A DNA stretch of 64,000 bases. It comes from Felis catus (Eukaryota). The notes beneath the pieces are model-generated. The model was not told the DNA's origin, searched no databases, and saw only the letters and a list, made by a program, of their open reading frames with translations. Shown piece after piece: positions 13,282 through 25,733 of the stretch; position 1 is the stretch's first letter; every line of letters starts with the position of its first letter. The stretch lies in NCBI RefSeq assembly GCF_018350175.1, contig NC_058373.1, forward strand, positions 117,120,001-117,184,000. Reading direction: 5' to 3'. Position numbers and translations under genes: made by a program.

Positions 13282-13708
13282 TGATATAGATTGAATTTTG
13301 GCCCCCCCACCCCCAACTGTATTGAAGCCCTTACCACCTTTACCTCAAATGGTGATCTTATTTGGAAGTAGAGTCATTGCAGGTATAATTAGTTAAGATT
13401 AGGTCATACTAGAGTAAGGTGGCCCTTATTTCAATATGACTGATGTCCTTACAAAAAGAGAGATTTGGACACAGACACACACAAAGAGAACACCATGTAA
13501 AGATTGGAGTTCTGCCATAGCTAAGGATCTGTCAGACTGGAGGGGAGACTGAAACACATTTCTTTCTGGAGCGTTAAGAGAGAGCAATACCCTGATGGCA
13601 CCTTCATCTCAGACTTGAGGCCTCCAGAACTGTGAGACAGTCCATTTGTGTTGTTCAAACCTGTCAGTTGTAGTACTTTGTTGTGGCAGCACCAAGAAAC
13701 TCCTACCA
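13282..13708 (+). mobile_element. MaLR solo LTR (MLT1B/C-like)
   Basis: ttatttggaagtagagtcattgcaggtataattagttaagat...gcctccagaactgtgagac. Confidence 0.85.
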
Positions 13709-13931
13709 GCCTGCATTTTCACCATCCTCAGAACAAACAAGAATGGAGTATTTTAAATAATCGTTTTCTTGGTAGAGCTGAGGGCTGAGGTAGGGTAGCC
13801 TGATAACAAAGTAACCAGAACCTTCTCTATTATTTGCACCCCTGGTCCTTGGCTCTAGACTGAGTTCTTATGTCCCTCAGAGCATCTTTAGCACTGGAAA
13901 CTCAGCATGTCAGAACTGGACAGTCTTTCAT

Positions 13932-13963
13932 CTTTTGTTTTGTTGTGTTTTTAATGTTTATTT

Positions 13964-14013
<50 letters not shown>

Positions 14014-14168
14014 AGGGCAGAGAGAGAGAGGGAGACACAGAATCCAAAGCAGGCTCCAGGTTCTGAGCTGTCAGCACAGAACCCGATGTGGGGCTCTAAC
14101 CCATGAACCGTGAGATCATTACTTGAACTGAAGTCAGGCGTTTAACCGACTGAGCCACCCAGGTGCCC
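13932..14168 (-). mobile_element. Can-SINE with expanded (AG)n
   Basis: TSD tggacagtcttt on both sides. Confidence 0.92.
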
Positions 14169-14519
14169 TTGGACAGTCTTTTATCTTTAACCCTCTTCCT
14201 CCCTCCTAAGCCTCTCTCAGTTATTATTACCATGTTCCTGTCAGTCCCTCTGGCTAAAGCCTCTGTGAGCCCTCCCTTTTCTTATCCCCAATTTAAAAAG
14301 TCTAGATTTCTTCCATTTTTTGAAAAATAGGAAGATCTGGCAACGTCAGATCCTCATACTGATGGCAATAATTGGACAGACGGAGGGGCAGACCCTTAAC
14401 GCAGAGAATGTGTTCTCAGTCCTGCCTGATAGCACCATGCCTGAGCCTTGTCTGCGTTGGGGACTGGGACTCTGGCGGGATGAAGTGAGAACACTGCCTC
14501 TTTTCTCACAGGGCTCTAA

Positions 14520-14750
14520 GCGTAGACTTTCTGATCCTGGACTGAGTCAGACTGACGGTTTGTATCCTGCTCTGTCACTGGCTGGGAGGCAGCCACGGAG
14601 AGGCTCCTTAAACAGGGCCTCTGTTTACTAATCTGTAAATGAGATGGTAATAGAGGTCACTTCATGGGGGTGTTGAGAGAATTAGATGACTTCATGCACA
14701 TCAGGAGGTTAGAACCTGGCACATAGCAGGTGCTTCATAAATGATCATTT
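14520..14750 (+). mobile_element. MIR
   Basis: gcctctgtttactaatctgtaaatgagatggtaatag...cctggcacatagcaggtgct. Confidence 0.8.
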
Positions 14751-15804
14751 AATTGTATTGTTATATCTGCAAGAAACTCTTATTGGCATTTATCCAAACA
14801 GCCTTATTATTTTTCATAAAGGAGAGCATAGTCACTCTTCGGTTTTTCTTTGCTTTCCCCCTGTTCCTCACCAGTTTCACACACATTAAGAAATGTGGTA
14901 ATTTATACACACAGACTCAGGGCTGGCCTAGCAGGGCATTTGGAGCACAGCTTCTGGGATCTAAAGTGGCTGAGCTCCTGGGCCTCTCCTGGCTGCTGAG
15001 TCCCCTGTGCTTATCTGCCTTCGATGTTGCTTAGGTTCTAGTGACCAAGGGCACAGCTTGGTGACTGGCCTCCCGAGGCCTCCGGAGTCGCCGGGGGGGT
15101 GCCTCTAATTAGGTACACTGTTGAGCACACAGGTATTTATCCTGGAGGCAAGAAAGGCTGCTGGGAATAGCTGCTTAACATGAAATGCAGACAGCAAGTC
15201 CAGTGTTGGTTAGAAGCAAGTTAACTATGATTTGAGGCATTGGCAAAGCCCAGGTAAGCCAACAGCGAGAACCCCAAACCCAATCGTTTGCAACATATCC
15301 CCTTATTGGGCCACTCCTAAGCTGAGCAGATTCATTCAGCTGATATTTACTGATTGAATTCCCATAAACTGTAGGGATTTATTAAGCAATTCCTGAGTGT
15401 CAGATACATATAGTACAAGGTGTTAACGATAAATGAAATGATGAGTGAGCCACAGTCCTGCCTGTAAGGAGTTTATAATGTGGTCATTGGGATTGACGGA
15501 TGAGCGAATAGTGGTGTTGGGGTTGGGGGGTAGTCACAGATGTGGGTTACAGTATCCCAGAGTGGAGGAATCCTGACTCAGCAGGGGGCCAACGAGGGGA
15601 CCATCATCCTTGTCATTTTTTATCTAATGCCCTAGAAGATTGACTTTTGTGAAGATAGGGATTGTGACTGTCTTTTTATTGCTGTATCTCCAGGGCTAGC
15701 CCAGTGGTTGGCGTATGGTAGAGGCTCAATTAACATTTGGTAAATAAGGCAATTAAATAGTGTCTAAGCTGAGAACTGAAGGATGAGGTGTTAGCCAGGA
15801 GGAA

Positions 15805-15845
<41 letters not shown>

Positions 15846-16299
15846 GTGGGATAGAAGAGTGGCAGTAGGAAATAAAATGGTGAGAAAGGACATCATGGGG
15901 AGGGGGTGGCATGTACTCCTTGGGAAGGACAAAGACTGGTTCTGGAAACGTTTGCTCCTACAGTAGGGTGGTATAGAGGCAATTCAAGAGGAATGGGAAA
16001 GGCTGATGGTGAAAACAACACAGAATTATTAAATATTTAAACAAGAAAGACTGGTTGGATTTGACATGTATGTTTAAGGTGCAGGAAAGGGATTGGATTG
16101 GAGAGGACAGAGTAGAAGCAGAGAGGCCGATTCGAGGGCTTCTGTAGCAATCTTGATTGGAGATGGAGGCGGCTGGACAAATTACTGACAATGGAGATGG
16201 GGATGTGGATAGATTCCAAAGCAACTAGGGATGTAGAATTGTCAAGTCCTGGCAACTGTGTCTAGAGCAGGAAGGAAGGGATAGCACTGCACCTTTAAA

Positions 16300-16324
16300 G
16301 AATTTTTTTTAATGTTTATTTATT

Positions 16325-16376
<52 letters not shown>

Positions 16377-16542
16377 TGTGAGCAGGGGAGAGGCAAAGAG
16401 AGAGGGAGACACAGAATCCGAAGCAGGCTCCAGGCCCTGAGCTCTCAGCACAGAGCCCGATGCAGGGCTCGAACCCACAAACCACGAGATCATGACCCGA
16501 GCCGAAGTTGGACGCCCAACCAACCGAGCCACCCAGGTGCCC
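16300..16542 (-). mobile_element. Can-SINE
   Basis: TSD gcactgcacctttaaag/gcactgcatctttaaag. Confidence 0.93.
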
Positions 16543-16753
16543 GGCACTGCATCTTTAAAGGATGCTAGCATCATTCACTTACTTGATAAACAACAGAGGA
16601 AGAGTAGAAGTGGGGGAGATAAAACCACATGTGGACACACCGAGCTTCAGTTGCCTACAGGAGGTTCAGTGGGCAGGTGCATACGTCAGGCTTAACCTCA
16701 GGAGATGGATCTGGCTTGATATACAGGTTTAGATGCTCATTAGCATAGAAGAT

Positions 16754-16909
16754 CAGGGCTTCATAACCTAGCAGGTCCATTGGTAACATTCAGAAGGCCC
16801 ATGAACCTTAGAAATTACATTGGAGTGTTAATGCATGGGCATTGTTCTGGAGAGTTAGCTTTGTATTAACCTTTCCGAATAAGTTAACTCTTGATCCTTA
16901 GGGCCACTG
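16754..16909. mobile_element. MER103C-like hAT MITE
   Basis: Ends cagggcttcataacct...ccactg; internal gtccat...gaaattac...ttctggagag resembles consensus. Confidence 0.6.
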
Positions 16910-17130
16910 GAACTAGAAGAGAGGTGGGATTGCCCAAGCAGAAGTAGGAGGAAGAGAGCTGTGGAGCGTTTGGGGGATGGGGGCCCTGTGCTGAATCCGC
17001 GGTGGGGGGTGGTGTGTGGGGAATGAGATGAAGGTTTACAGAAAACATTAGCTTGACTGTTTATAAAGTGCTTTTACAGACACTGTCATCTCATGTCTCA
17101 GTAACTCAACTAGATATTTATCATTTGGCT

Positions 17131-17620
17131 CTGTGTCAGAGTTCAGTACAAGACACAGAAACTTGGCGATACATTTTCAAACAAGAAGGGATTTAATACA
17201 GAGAATTGGGTGCTTACAAAATCACTGGAAGGGTGAGCCTCAGGGGAAACATTTCCAGAACAATATGGGACCGAGGTCAGAAGGCCCCCTTGCAGCTGCC
17301 ATCCTGGTATTGGCAAGCTGGGATCAGAAAGTCCCTGTGGCTGCTGCCATTGCTGCAGCTGCTTTTTGACCCTCAGAAAGCTGGAGAAGGGCACTGGGAC
17401 ACTGCTGGGGTTCAAAAGTCTTATGTTTCCATGACTTTCCTCTATGGCAGTGAGCAGTCAAGGAGCCAGAAGATCACCCCCATCTTGCCTACCTACACCT
17501 CCTTGCATGAATGCATATAATTAATGGAACCCAGTTAACCCCTGCACCCCTAGATTCAGGGAGGTCTGGAAAATATCTTTATTCTACCTCTCCACCTAAA
17601 AAAGAGAGTGAAATGGAGGT
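17131..17620 (-). mobile_element. Ancient ERVL/MaLR-class LTR remnant (subfamily unsure)
   Basis: tgtgtcagagttcagt...acagaaac...aagggatttaatacagagaattgg typical of a reverse LTR end. Confidence 0.45.
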
Positions 17621-17649
17621 AGAGAAGAGCTTCCCCATCCCCACCCCCA

Positions 17650-17845
17650 AGGTACAGATTGCAAATATTTTAGTCTTAAAATACGTGGTCTGTATTGTAG
17701 CTACCCAGCTTTACTATTGCAGTGCAAAAGCAGCCATAGTAAGCATATGTAAGAATGAGCATGGTTGTGTTCTAATAAAACTTTATTTATAAAAATAGGT
17801 AGTGGGCTGGATTTGGCCTATGGGCCATAGTTTGCCCACCCCTGA
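17650..17845 (+). mobile_element. MER58A
   Basis: aaagcagccatag...gtgttctaataaaactttatttataaaaataggt...gggccatagtttgcccacccctg. Confidence 0.88.
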
Positions 17846-18159
17846 GGTAAGCAAATCAATTCACCGTAATTATAATGGGTTCATTTTACAGATGAGGGAA
17901 CTAAACCATTTAGCCAGTGTAAGCGATTTAGAGCCATTTAGCCAGTATAAGTGAAAACATACCCTCATTATTTTGGTTTCAAAGTTCATGCTATTTTCAG
18001 CAAACCTTGATGCTGAGCCCATCTCTTTGAGAGACTTGTGATCTAAAGAGGAGATAAAGTGTCCAATTCACAGACCATGGTAAAGGCCCCAAGAATTGCA
18101 ATGCCTTGTAGGCATGTCAAACGCTCTTCTCTTTGACAGAAGAAATAAAAAAAAAAAGT

Positions 18160-19190
18160 TATTTGAGCTAGGTGTTGAAGAAAGGTATAACTTTAATAGG
18201 TAGAGATAGTAAGGGGCAGGTGGGGCACAAAAAAGCATTTAAAGTGGCGTGGGAAACTTCAAGGCAAGTTTACGAAAACAGCTGGAATCCAAACTCATCT
18301 GAACACTGCATCCTTCTGGGTTTTGAGAGAGAAAGGCTGGATTATGGAAAACCTTGGATGATAGGATTAAAAATCTGGATTTAAAAAGCAGAAACCCTGG
18401 CAATTTTTGAACAGGGCTGTGATACACACACATTACTACAGGAAGAATGATCTGGTGGTATTGTGGTACAGAAGTCTTTGACTCAAAAGCTACGGCCAAC
18501 AAGAATTCACATAGGAAGTGACTGCAGTATCTTTTCATGCAAAGGAAGCAGTGGATATGAGGGGCTTCTTGAGCCATTCACGGCACTTGGAAATTTATAA
18601 ATGTAGGTGGGTTGGAAGGATGGCTTTGATATTGAAAAGTGAGAATAACAAAAGTTAGTCAGGAATAGGATGTTGTTTGTGTAGGAAACATGGTGGGTTC
18701 CATCTTGGATATGAGGTAATGAGTGGGAGAAATGGAAATATGGGGCAGGCAATTAGAGATATGGGCTTCATTTTCAAGAGAGAGGTGGTTGGGTGTTGTC
18801 ACATACAGCTGGACAGAGAGCCACAGAAAAGCTCATGTCTCTGATGGTTGTGGGTGGTAGGGAATACCCAAGGCAGAAACCAGGGGTCTTAGGTCATCAA
18901 GAGCCAGGAGAGGCAATGGAGTAGGGAAAATAGGTGGAGTGCCAGGGTGAGTATTATCAGAGGAGTCAGGGGAGGAGCTATTTCCAGAAAAGGGAATGGC
19001 CAGTAGTGTTGCATGCCACAAGGAGGACAAGAAATGTTTATGAAAGGCCACTTGACTTGGTGATGACACAGTTGTGGTGGGTGAACTCTGAGAGAGCTGT
19101 TTAGTGTATGGTAAGTAAACGGAGGAAGAAGTTGTGGACTGTTCCCTCGAGGAATTCGATATTGGAAGGAAAGAGCAGAGAAGATGGGAG
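18160..19190 (-). mobile_element. L2 relic
   Basis: Long purine-rich decayed L2-like stretch (atttgagctagg..., tttccagaaaagggaatggccagtagtgtt). Confidence 0.55.
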
Positions 19191-19355
19191 ACTAAAATTT
19201 ATTTGTGTTAAAGTTGGTTAATTCTTCAGTGCCTAAATATCATAAATGACTTCCCTCATCCGACCGTATCCTGATTTCTCCCCCCTTCCCGACCAGGAGT
19301 TCCTAAAGGAAAGGGGGTCAAGGGAAGAACACCATCTATTCTCTCTTGATTCCAG

Positions 19356-19438
19356 GATCTGTTTTTTGGCCAGCTGTTCGTGTCTGACTTGACTTTGCTG
19401 TTTGGTTCCGCCGATGGCCTCTCCTGGCAACCTGTGAG
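19356..19438 (+). CDS. Candidate internal coding exon of an unidentified host gene (DLFFGQLFVSDLTLLFGSADGLSWQPV-R/S)
   Basis: Acceptor ctattctctcttgattccag|G, donor GAG|gtaata, 83 nt. Only one of three frames is open (phase 0 to phase 2); non-repetitive context. Confidence 0.5.
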
Positions 19439-19861
19439 GTAATACACAAATGTGTGCGGTGGTTAAGCAACCGCTTCCAGCCGTGGAGGCTCAGCTAAAT
19501 TTGGAACACGCATGAGTCCCAATCTAAGTCTTCGTTCAGTGGGGAAAAAATAAGTCCCTGACTCTGAAATTTCAGAGGTTATACATTTACGGAATATGAA
19601 ATCAGTGTGCTGATGATTTTTGCCTTACCTCACTGGATTCCTTTAAAATCTACTAGAGAATTGCTGTGCAGTGAAAATGTCGTTCTCTTCAGGATCTTTT
19701 CTAGAAAAGAAAGTAGGTATGGCCAAGCTCCAGAAGGAATGGAGTATCTTACACCAGTGCTTTTTATGACAATAAGCAAAAGCAACATATACTGCAATGA
19801 CAACAAAGCAAACAAACTCTAGGGTCAGATGGAAATGATTTTATCTCTCTAAATTAAGATT

Positions 19862-19992
19862 CTTTCTTTTATATTTTTCTTTTTTCTTTTTTTGAAAAAT
19901 TGGGCGTGGAGCCCAACGTGGGGCTTGAACTCACAGCTGTGAGGTGAGATGAAGGGTTGGCTGCTTAACTGACTGAGCCACCCAGGCACCCC
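19862..19992 (-). mobile_element. Short Can-SINE variant
   Basis: gagcccaacgtggggcttgaactcac...ctgagccacccaggcacccc with T tail. Confidence 0.85.
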
Positions 19993-20264
19993 GAGGCTCT
20001 TTTTTTATTCTAACTTTTATTTCCTTTCACACCTTGGTTAGTGGCTTCCACAACATAATCAGCTTGGTCTCAAGTCGGTTATGAAATGGATGCATCGAGA
20101 TGTAACTTGGATTAATATTCTTCTCTCAGTCAAATTCTCTTCCTTACTCTTATATTTAAACCACTATGTTATCCTCAAAGGCCCTAAGCTGGGTTTCTCT
20201 GGAGCTGTTTAGTGACCGGAAGTGGTCTAGTCCTCCTTCCCATTGTGTAGAACTTCAGTTTTTG

Positions 20265-20470
20265 AAGTGTTTAGATATCCAGTCATTTCATTCGACCCCA
20301 CAACAATCTGTGAGATAGGCAGGATTATCATTAAGCCCATCTTACAGATAAAGGAACTGAGATTCAGAGTGGTTAGTTAATTGGATCAGAGTCACATAGG
20401 ATGCCAGCAGCAGATTCAAGGCTAAAGCTCAAGTTCCTCTAGCTCTAAATTTATCCCGTTTTATTCCCAT
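20265..20470 (-). mobile_element. MIR
   Basis: cccatcttacagataaaggaactgagattcagagtggttag. Confidence 0.8.
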
Positions 20471-21329
20471 GGTGCTTTGGGTGTCATTTTTGACAGGAGT
20501 GTTTTCTTTCATTCTTAAGCACTTCAGTGAATAAGCTTTGTACACCATCAGGTTGGTTTCTGGTAGTACGTTGATTGTGGAGGGCTAGGGGCCGAAACCA
20601 CAGCCTTGAAGTGACAGCTTCCCTTCTCGGAGGTTTGGCCTTTATTGAATGGAGGGCTCTTGTTAAGGAAAGGTATGCATTGAGATAAGAGGCTTGCCAA
20701 TCTTTCAAAAAGTGGAAGTTTCTGGGCTCCTTGGGGATGGCTAATGATAGTGATTATGGAGGAGTTTGCAGATGTGAAGTACGTTATAAATGCTGGAGGA
20801 GCGGCTGGCGGTAGAGTGTGTTTCTGGGGAGATGGGTATTTGCATTTTTTATCTTCTGGACACTGCTGCCTTTGGCACTCTCGTGTTTTCCATAAACAAG
20901 CCTGTTTTGCTTCTCTTTAGAAACAGGTCCGTTATCCAGCTTCGTGGTGGTTTTCTGTACGTGTGAGCTTGTGCTCCAGTTAAATTGAACGCTTGTACTG
21001 CTGCAAGACTGAATTTAGTGACGTTGCCAATATCTTAGCCCTCGAGTAGTCTTTAAATATCCTTAGCCTTGGGAGCTGGCCCAAGAAACTGCTTATTCTT
21101 TTCCCCATACCACTCAGCGTATAAATCCCGAATTACTGCTGACCAAAGATAGGTAAAGTACAAATCAATAAGCATTTTGTTCCTATATTTTAGGGAATGA
21201 GACAACGAGTGAGAGAAAACCCTTTGATGAGGGCTTCAAATTATTGTCATTGTTCTACAGATTAACAGGGCTGAGGCTATTATTATTCTCATTCGTTGAC
21301 TACCATGTCCTTACATTGCACCAAAAGGG

Positions 21330-21670
21330 TTTTTTAGTAGCTTTTTGAAATATAACTCATATACCAACAATTCACACATTCAAGGTATACCGTTCAATGG
21401 TGTGTGGCGCGCTCCATTATCAATTTTTTCTAAGTTTATTTGTCTATTTCGAAAGAGAGAGAGTGAGCAGTAGGGAAGGGGCAGAGGGAGAGAGAGAGGG
21501 AGAGAGAGAGGGAGAGAGAATCCCAAGCTGTACATTCTTAATTTTTTAAAGTTATGGCCAAAGACATAAAACATAAAATGCCACAGTTTTGTGCAACTGT
21601 CACCACTATTTCCAAAGTCTTTTTTATCGCCTCAAACAGAAACACCGTACTCACTTAACAATAACTCCAC
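21330..21670 (-). mobile_element. L1M 3'-end fragments with a truncated Can-SINE (21424-21528)
   Basis: tttgaaatataactcatatacca..., ttgtgcaactgtcaccacta; SINE tail/AG tract ending at gaatcccaagc. Confidence 0.7.
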
Positions 21671-21772
21671 CTGAAAGGATTTTTGAATGTGCTCTGATTG
21701 CTACCTTCATATGTGGGCAAAGCCTTTGAGGAAGATTCTGTTTATTCTTTGCGGGAAGTTCCATATGGTACA

Positions 21773-22200
21773 TGACACAGGTTGGGTGCCCTCGGGAAGC
21801 AGCCTCTGGGATGAGTAGGCAGGACGTCATGGGAGCATCTCTCAGGGTCCACACTTGGGGGGAAGTGAGGGGGTGGGACTGGGCAGCAGGAGAACCCGGG
21901 CTCCACTGCAGCCAGAAGGCCTATCCCAACCCCCCGGGGCTCTGGAACTGGGGACTCTGGAGCTGGGCATCAAGGATGCGTCTCTATACCTTTTTTCCTC
22001 TAGTCATCAGATGCCACAGGCCCCGGGGGATACCTGAGCCGGGGCTAAGTAAGTTACTCCTTCAACCAGGGGACCTGGGGAGAGAGCTGACAGCGGAGAG
22101 CTGTGAGCCAGCGGTGTTCTTGGCAGCTGGGGGACGAAATCTTCAGCCGACGCATCCGGATGTGGCTGTCCTTTGGAGTCATGTGGGCATCCTCAGTAAA
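21773..22200 (-). mobile_element. LTR16-family (ERVL) solo LTR
   Basis: aggttgggtgccctcgggaagcagcctctg...ggggctctggaactggg...ggcagctggggga matches reverse LTR16. Confidence 0.75.
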
Positions 22201-22470
22201 TGCCATGCCTGGTTTAATTGACATGGGGGGACCAGAGGGCAGCAGGAGTTCTAAGAGCTGCCAGGTGACTGTAGTGAGCAAGTCTGGGACTGCCCGCTTT
22301 CAGTCCTGAGGAGGTGGCCGGTCGGCGCGGTGCCACCACTGTGGGAAGAACCTACATTTTGGAGTCAGGAAGATTCGCATGTGGCTCAACCACTTGCTAG
22401 CTCAGTGAGTTCTCATTTAGGTTCTGCTGGTAAGACTTTGCTGCTGGGCTTTAAAAAAATGTATATAAGC

Positions 22471-22533
22471 ATAAATATAAATATAAATATAAATATAAAT
22501 ATAAATATAAATAAATATAATATAAATATAAAT
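22471..22533. repeat. (ATAAAT)n hexanucleotide microsatellite
   Basis: Directly visible. Confidence 0.95.
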
Positions 22534-23515
22534 GGAGGTGCATTTGAGTGGTTGGGAGGGGACTTACAAATCAATACAAACCCAGTGAACACTGACAAGA
22601 AAATTTGGCATAAGACAAGAATGCATAATTTACGAAGAAGTTCAGATAACTTAAACATTTGAGGATGTAGTGTCTTAACGCATCGATTGCCTTTCGCGTC
22701 TGAAGACATGAAAATTACAACTGTGTTTGCTTATAGCACTCGGTAATGGTGAAGGTGGTGGCTGGAGACAGTTTTACACTCTTGGTGTGTGTGCACTGGT
22801 GCAGCATTTATGGTGGAATATGTGATTCTTAAGGTGAATCAACTCTAATTCCCAGAGGTTTCTCCTGAGGAGACTGGTGTGTAAAGATGTGTGCGTAAAG
22901 GTGTGATTGGCCACGGCGGGAGATCGGGAGCAGAACAGCGTCTCGCGAGTAGGGTGTTGGTTAGATAGCTCATGGTACATACGTATTGGGGAATTATGTA
23001 GTCGTTAAAAAAATGATGTAGTGTGCACGTATTAACAGAGGAAGATAGCCATCGCGTATTTTTAAACGAGAGAAGCGGTAAGGAAAACAGCATGAGCCGA
23101 TTTCTGCATTAAAATCATATTTGCGTTGAAAATGCCTGTAAGAAAAATGCCCGACGTTAAGAGTAAACAGTGTTTCTTCACCTGAGAAGAATTATAGGTG
23201 AATTTTACTTTCTAGCCCGTAACTCTCTATAATGCTCTGACTTAGAAAAAAAAGAACAACATTATGCATATATTAATTTTTGTGCTAATTTTATATTCAG
23301 GAAAAACAGCCATTTCCAAAAGTGACGTGGTTCCAAAATTAACACACGCACACCTCCATCCATACGTGCTTGTGTGTGTCTGTGTGTGTGTTCATCTCCA
23401 TGTGTCCCCAGCTGTCTGAGAGGGAACGGTCTATAATCTAATTAGTGGTTCTTCCTAGGATTGGGGGTCATCGGTGATTTTCCTTTCTTATGCTTACTTA
23501 TCCTTCACAAATTCT

Positions 23516-23735
23516 CATTTTCTTCTTTTTGAAGTTTACGTATTTATTTTGAGAGAGACAGAGATAATGAGAGTGGAGGAGGGGCAGAAAGAGAGGGAGA
23601 GAGAAAATCCCAAGCAGGCTCTGTGCTGTCAGAGTAGAGCCTGCTGTGGGGCTGGAACTCAGGAAGCAGTGAGATCAGTGACCCGAGCTGAAACCAAGAG
23701 TCAGACGCTTAACTGACCGCGCCACCCAGGTGCCT
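23516..23735 (-). mobile_element. Can-SINE
   Basis: TSD-like cttcacaaa on both sides. Confidence 0.9.
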
Positions 23736-25505
23736 CTATACTTCACAAAATTTTAAATGATTGTATCACTCTTTCAACGGTAAATAAAAAAAGGGGAGCT
23801 TTTAGTATTTCAGCATACTTGCTTGGCCTGGTTTTCTATCCACCCTTTAAATAGCGCCTACATCTGTTTCTTTGGAAAGGGTCCTTGGGTTAGGGTTTCT
23901 TTCTGCCAATAATCACTATTACATGTGGCATGGTTGTGTGCGTTACAAGATTAAGGGCATCTATTATGACTTGCACGTTTGTTATCAAACTGTGTGTTTT
24001 TACTTTATTCATCTTCTTTTCCCCCTTAAGTAAATTCAACCTTTAGATGAGCCATTTGCAAGCCTAGCATCCATCATCTACCATTATACCTTCTGCTTCA
24101 TCTGTTAAATGGTGATGTGTCCCCTAAAAATATTGATATTAAATTAAGTCATTCTATATTTGCTCTTAGGGAGAGCTTTGAGGTTATCAAATTTACCAGG
24201 CAGGTAGGATATGCAGGAAGAGAAATGCTTGGAAAGTTTCCATGCATCTGACAAATCTCATTCATTCCTCTAGGCCCTGAATGAAACATCACCTCCCCCT
24301 GTCCTGTCTTCTTGGATCCCTCAGGGCAAACTGGTGCTGACTTTTCCATGTGTTTATTATGGCCCTCATTAAATTTTGTTGTAAGTAGTTGATGGCTGTC
24401 ATCCCATGAAGACCTCCAGATAGGAAATGGGTGGGTAGCCGCCCGCCAAGATGGGTCCTCAGTGATCCTTACCTCTTGGTATTCATGCCCTTGACAAAGA
24501 AATTATAACAGAAGTGATGACATGTCATTTCCCAGATTAAGTTATAAAAGACTGGGGTTTCTATCTTGGGTTCTTTCTCTTAAATCACTCGCTCTATGGA
24601 AAACCAGCTGCCATGTTGTGAAGACTAGCAATTTGTGGAGAGAGGTGCATGTGGCGACAGCTAGTTGGAAACGGAGGCTGGTCCGCAAACATGCGAATGA
24701 GCTTAGAAGCACGTCTTCCCCTTCCTTGTTGAGCCTTCAGATGTTACGGGCCCTGCTGTCAGCTTGGTTTCAACCTCACGGGAGACCCTGAGCCAAAACC
24801 ACCCTTCTAAACGCCTCCCAATCTCTAATGCTTGGAAACTACGTGAGACAATACATACTAGTTGTTTTAAGTGCTTTGAAGTAACTTATTACGGATCAAT
24901 CGATAACTAGTAAGAATTTGGTCCCAGAAGGGGCGGGGGAGGGTACTGATATAACAAAAAAACGAAAATATGGTGGTGGCTTTGGAACTAGGCAGTGCAC
25001 GGTGGGAAAGCTGTAAGGATTTTGAGGGACGTGTTGGCGAACGCTTCAAGTGCCTCGAGTACACTGTTCACAGAAGTTTGGACTTTGAGGAGACCACCGA
25101 CGAAGGCTTAAAGGAAAATGAGCAGAATCAGATTGGAAACTGGAAAAGGCAGAGTCCTTATCATGCAGTGGCAAAAAAATGAGCAATACTGTCATCTGCA
25201 GGAATACGGGAAGTAGAAAATGTACCTAACGAACTGGAGATTTCTAAACAGCATTGTTTCTTCCATTTCTTCCCCCTTGTTGCTTATAGGAAAATTGTAA
25301 GACAAACTGAAGGCAGAACTAGTGAACAAAAAGAGCCAGGACTTGCTGTTTTTGAAGATTCCCAGCCTCTTCAGATGCCACGTGATATTAAATGAAGAAA
25401 TGGCTTCTGAGCAAAGATCAAATTAGGGGGCACTTTTAGGAAAACAAGTTCCAAACATGAAGCCAGGGGTGTGACTGTAAAATCTTTTCAAGATCTCAAA
25501 AATCA

Positions 25506-25733
25506 GGGTGCCTGGGTGGCTTAGTTGGTTAAGCGTTGAACTTTGGCTTGGCTAATGATCTCATAATTTGTGAGATCGAGCCCCACATTGGGCTCTGTGC
25601 CGACAGCTCAGAGTCTGGAGTCTGCTTCGGATTCTGTGCCTCCCTTTCTCTCTGCCCCTTCCCTGTTTGTGCGCTCTCTCGCTCTCTCTCTCTCTCTCTC
25701 TCAAAAATAAAAAACATTAAAAAAAATTTAAAA
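25506..25733 (+). mobile_element. Can-SINE in MaLR internal region
   Basis: Perfect TSD aagatctcaaaaatca 25490-25505/25734-25749. Confidence 0.93.

Larger units (their letters stand above)
15340..16960 (-). mobile_element. Fragmented L2 relics (includes a plus-strand L2 3' end ~15640-15740 and (TG)n 15809-15843)
   Basis: Purine-rich L2-like segments, e.g. taagctgagaactgaaggatgag, gaggttcagtgggcagg. Confidence 0.55.

Noticed and set aside
20900..20970. Acceptor-like ttttgcttctctttag (similar one near 38268)
   Set aside because: No convincing matching donor with a sustained open frame
21772..22221. 149-aa plus-strand ORF
   Set aside because: Coincides with the GC-rich LTR16 relic; no homology recognised
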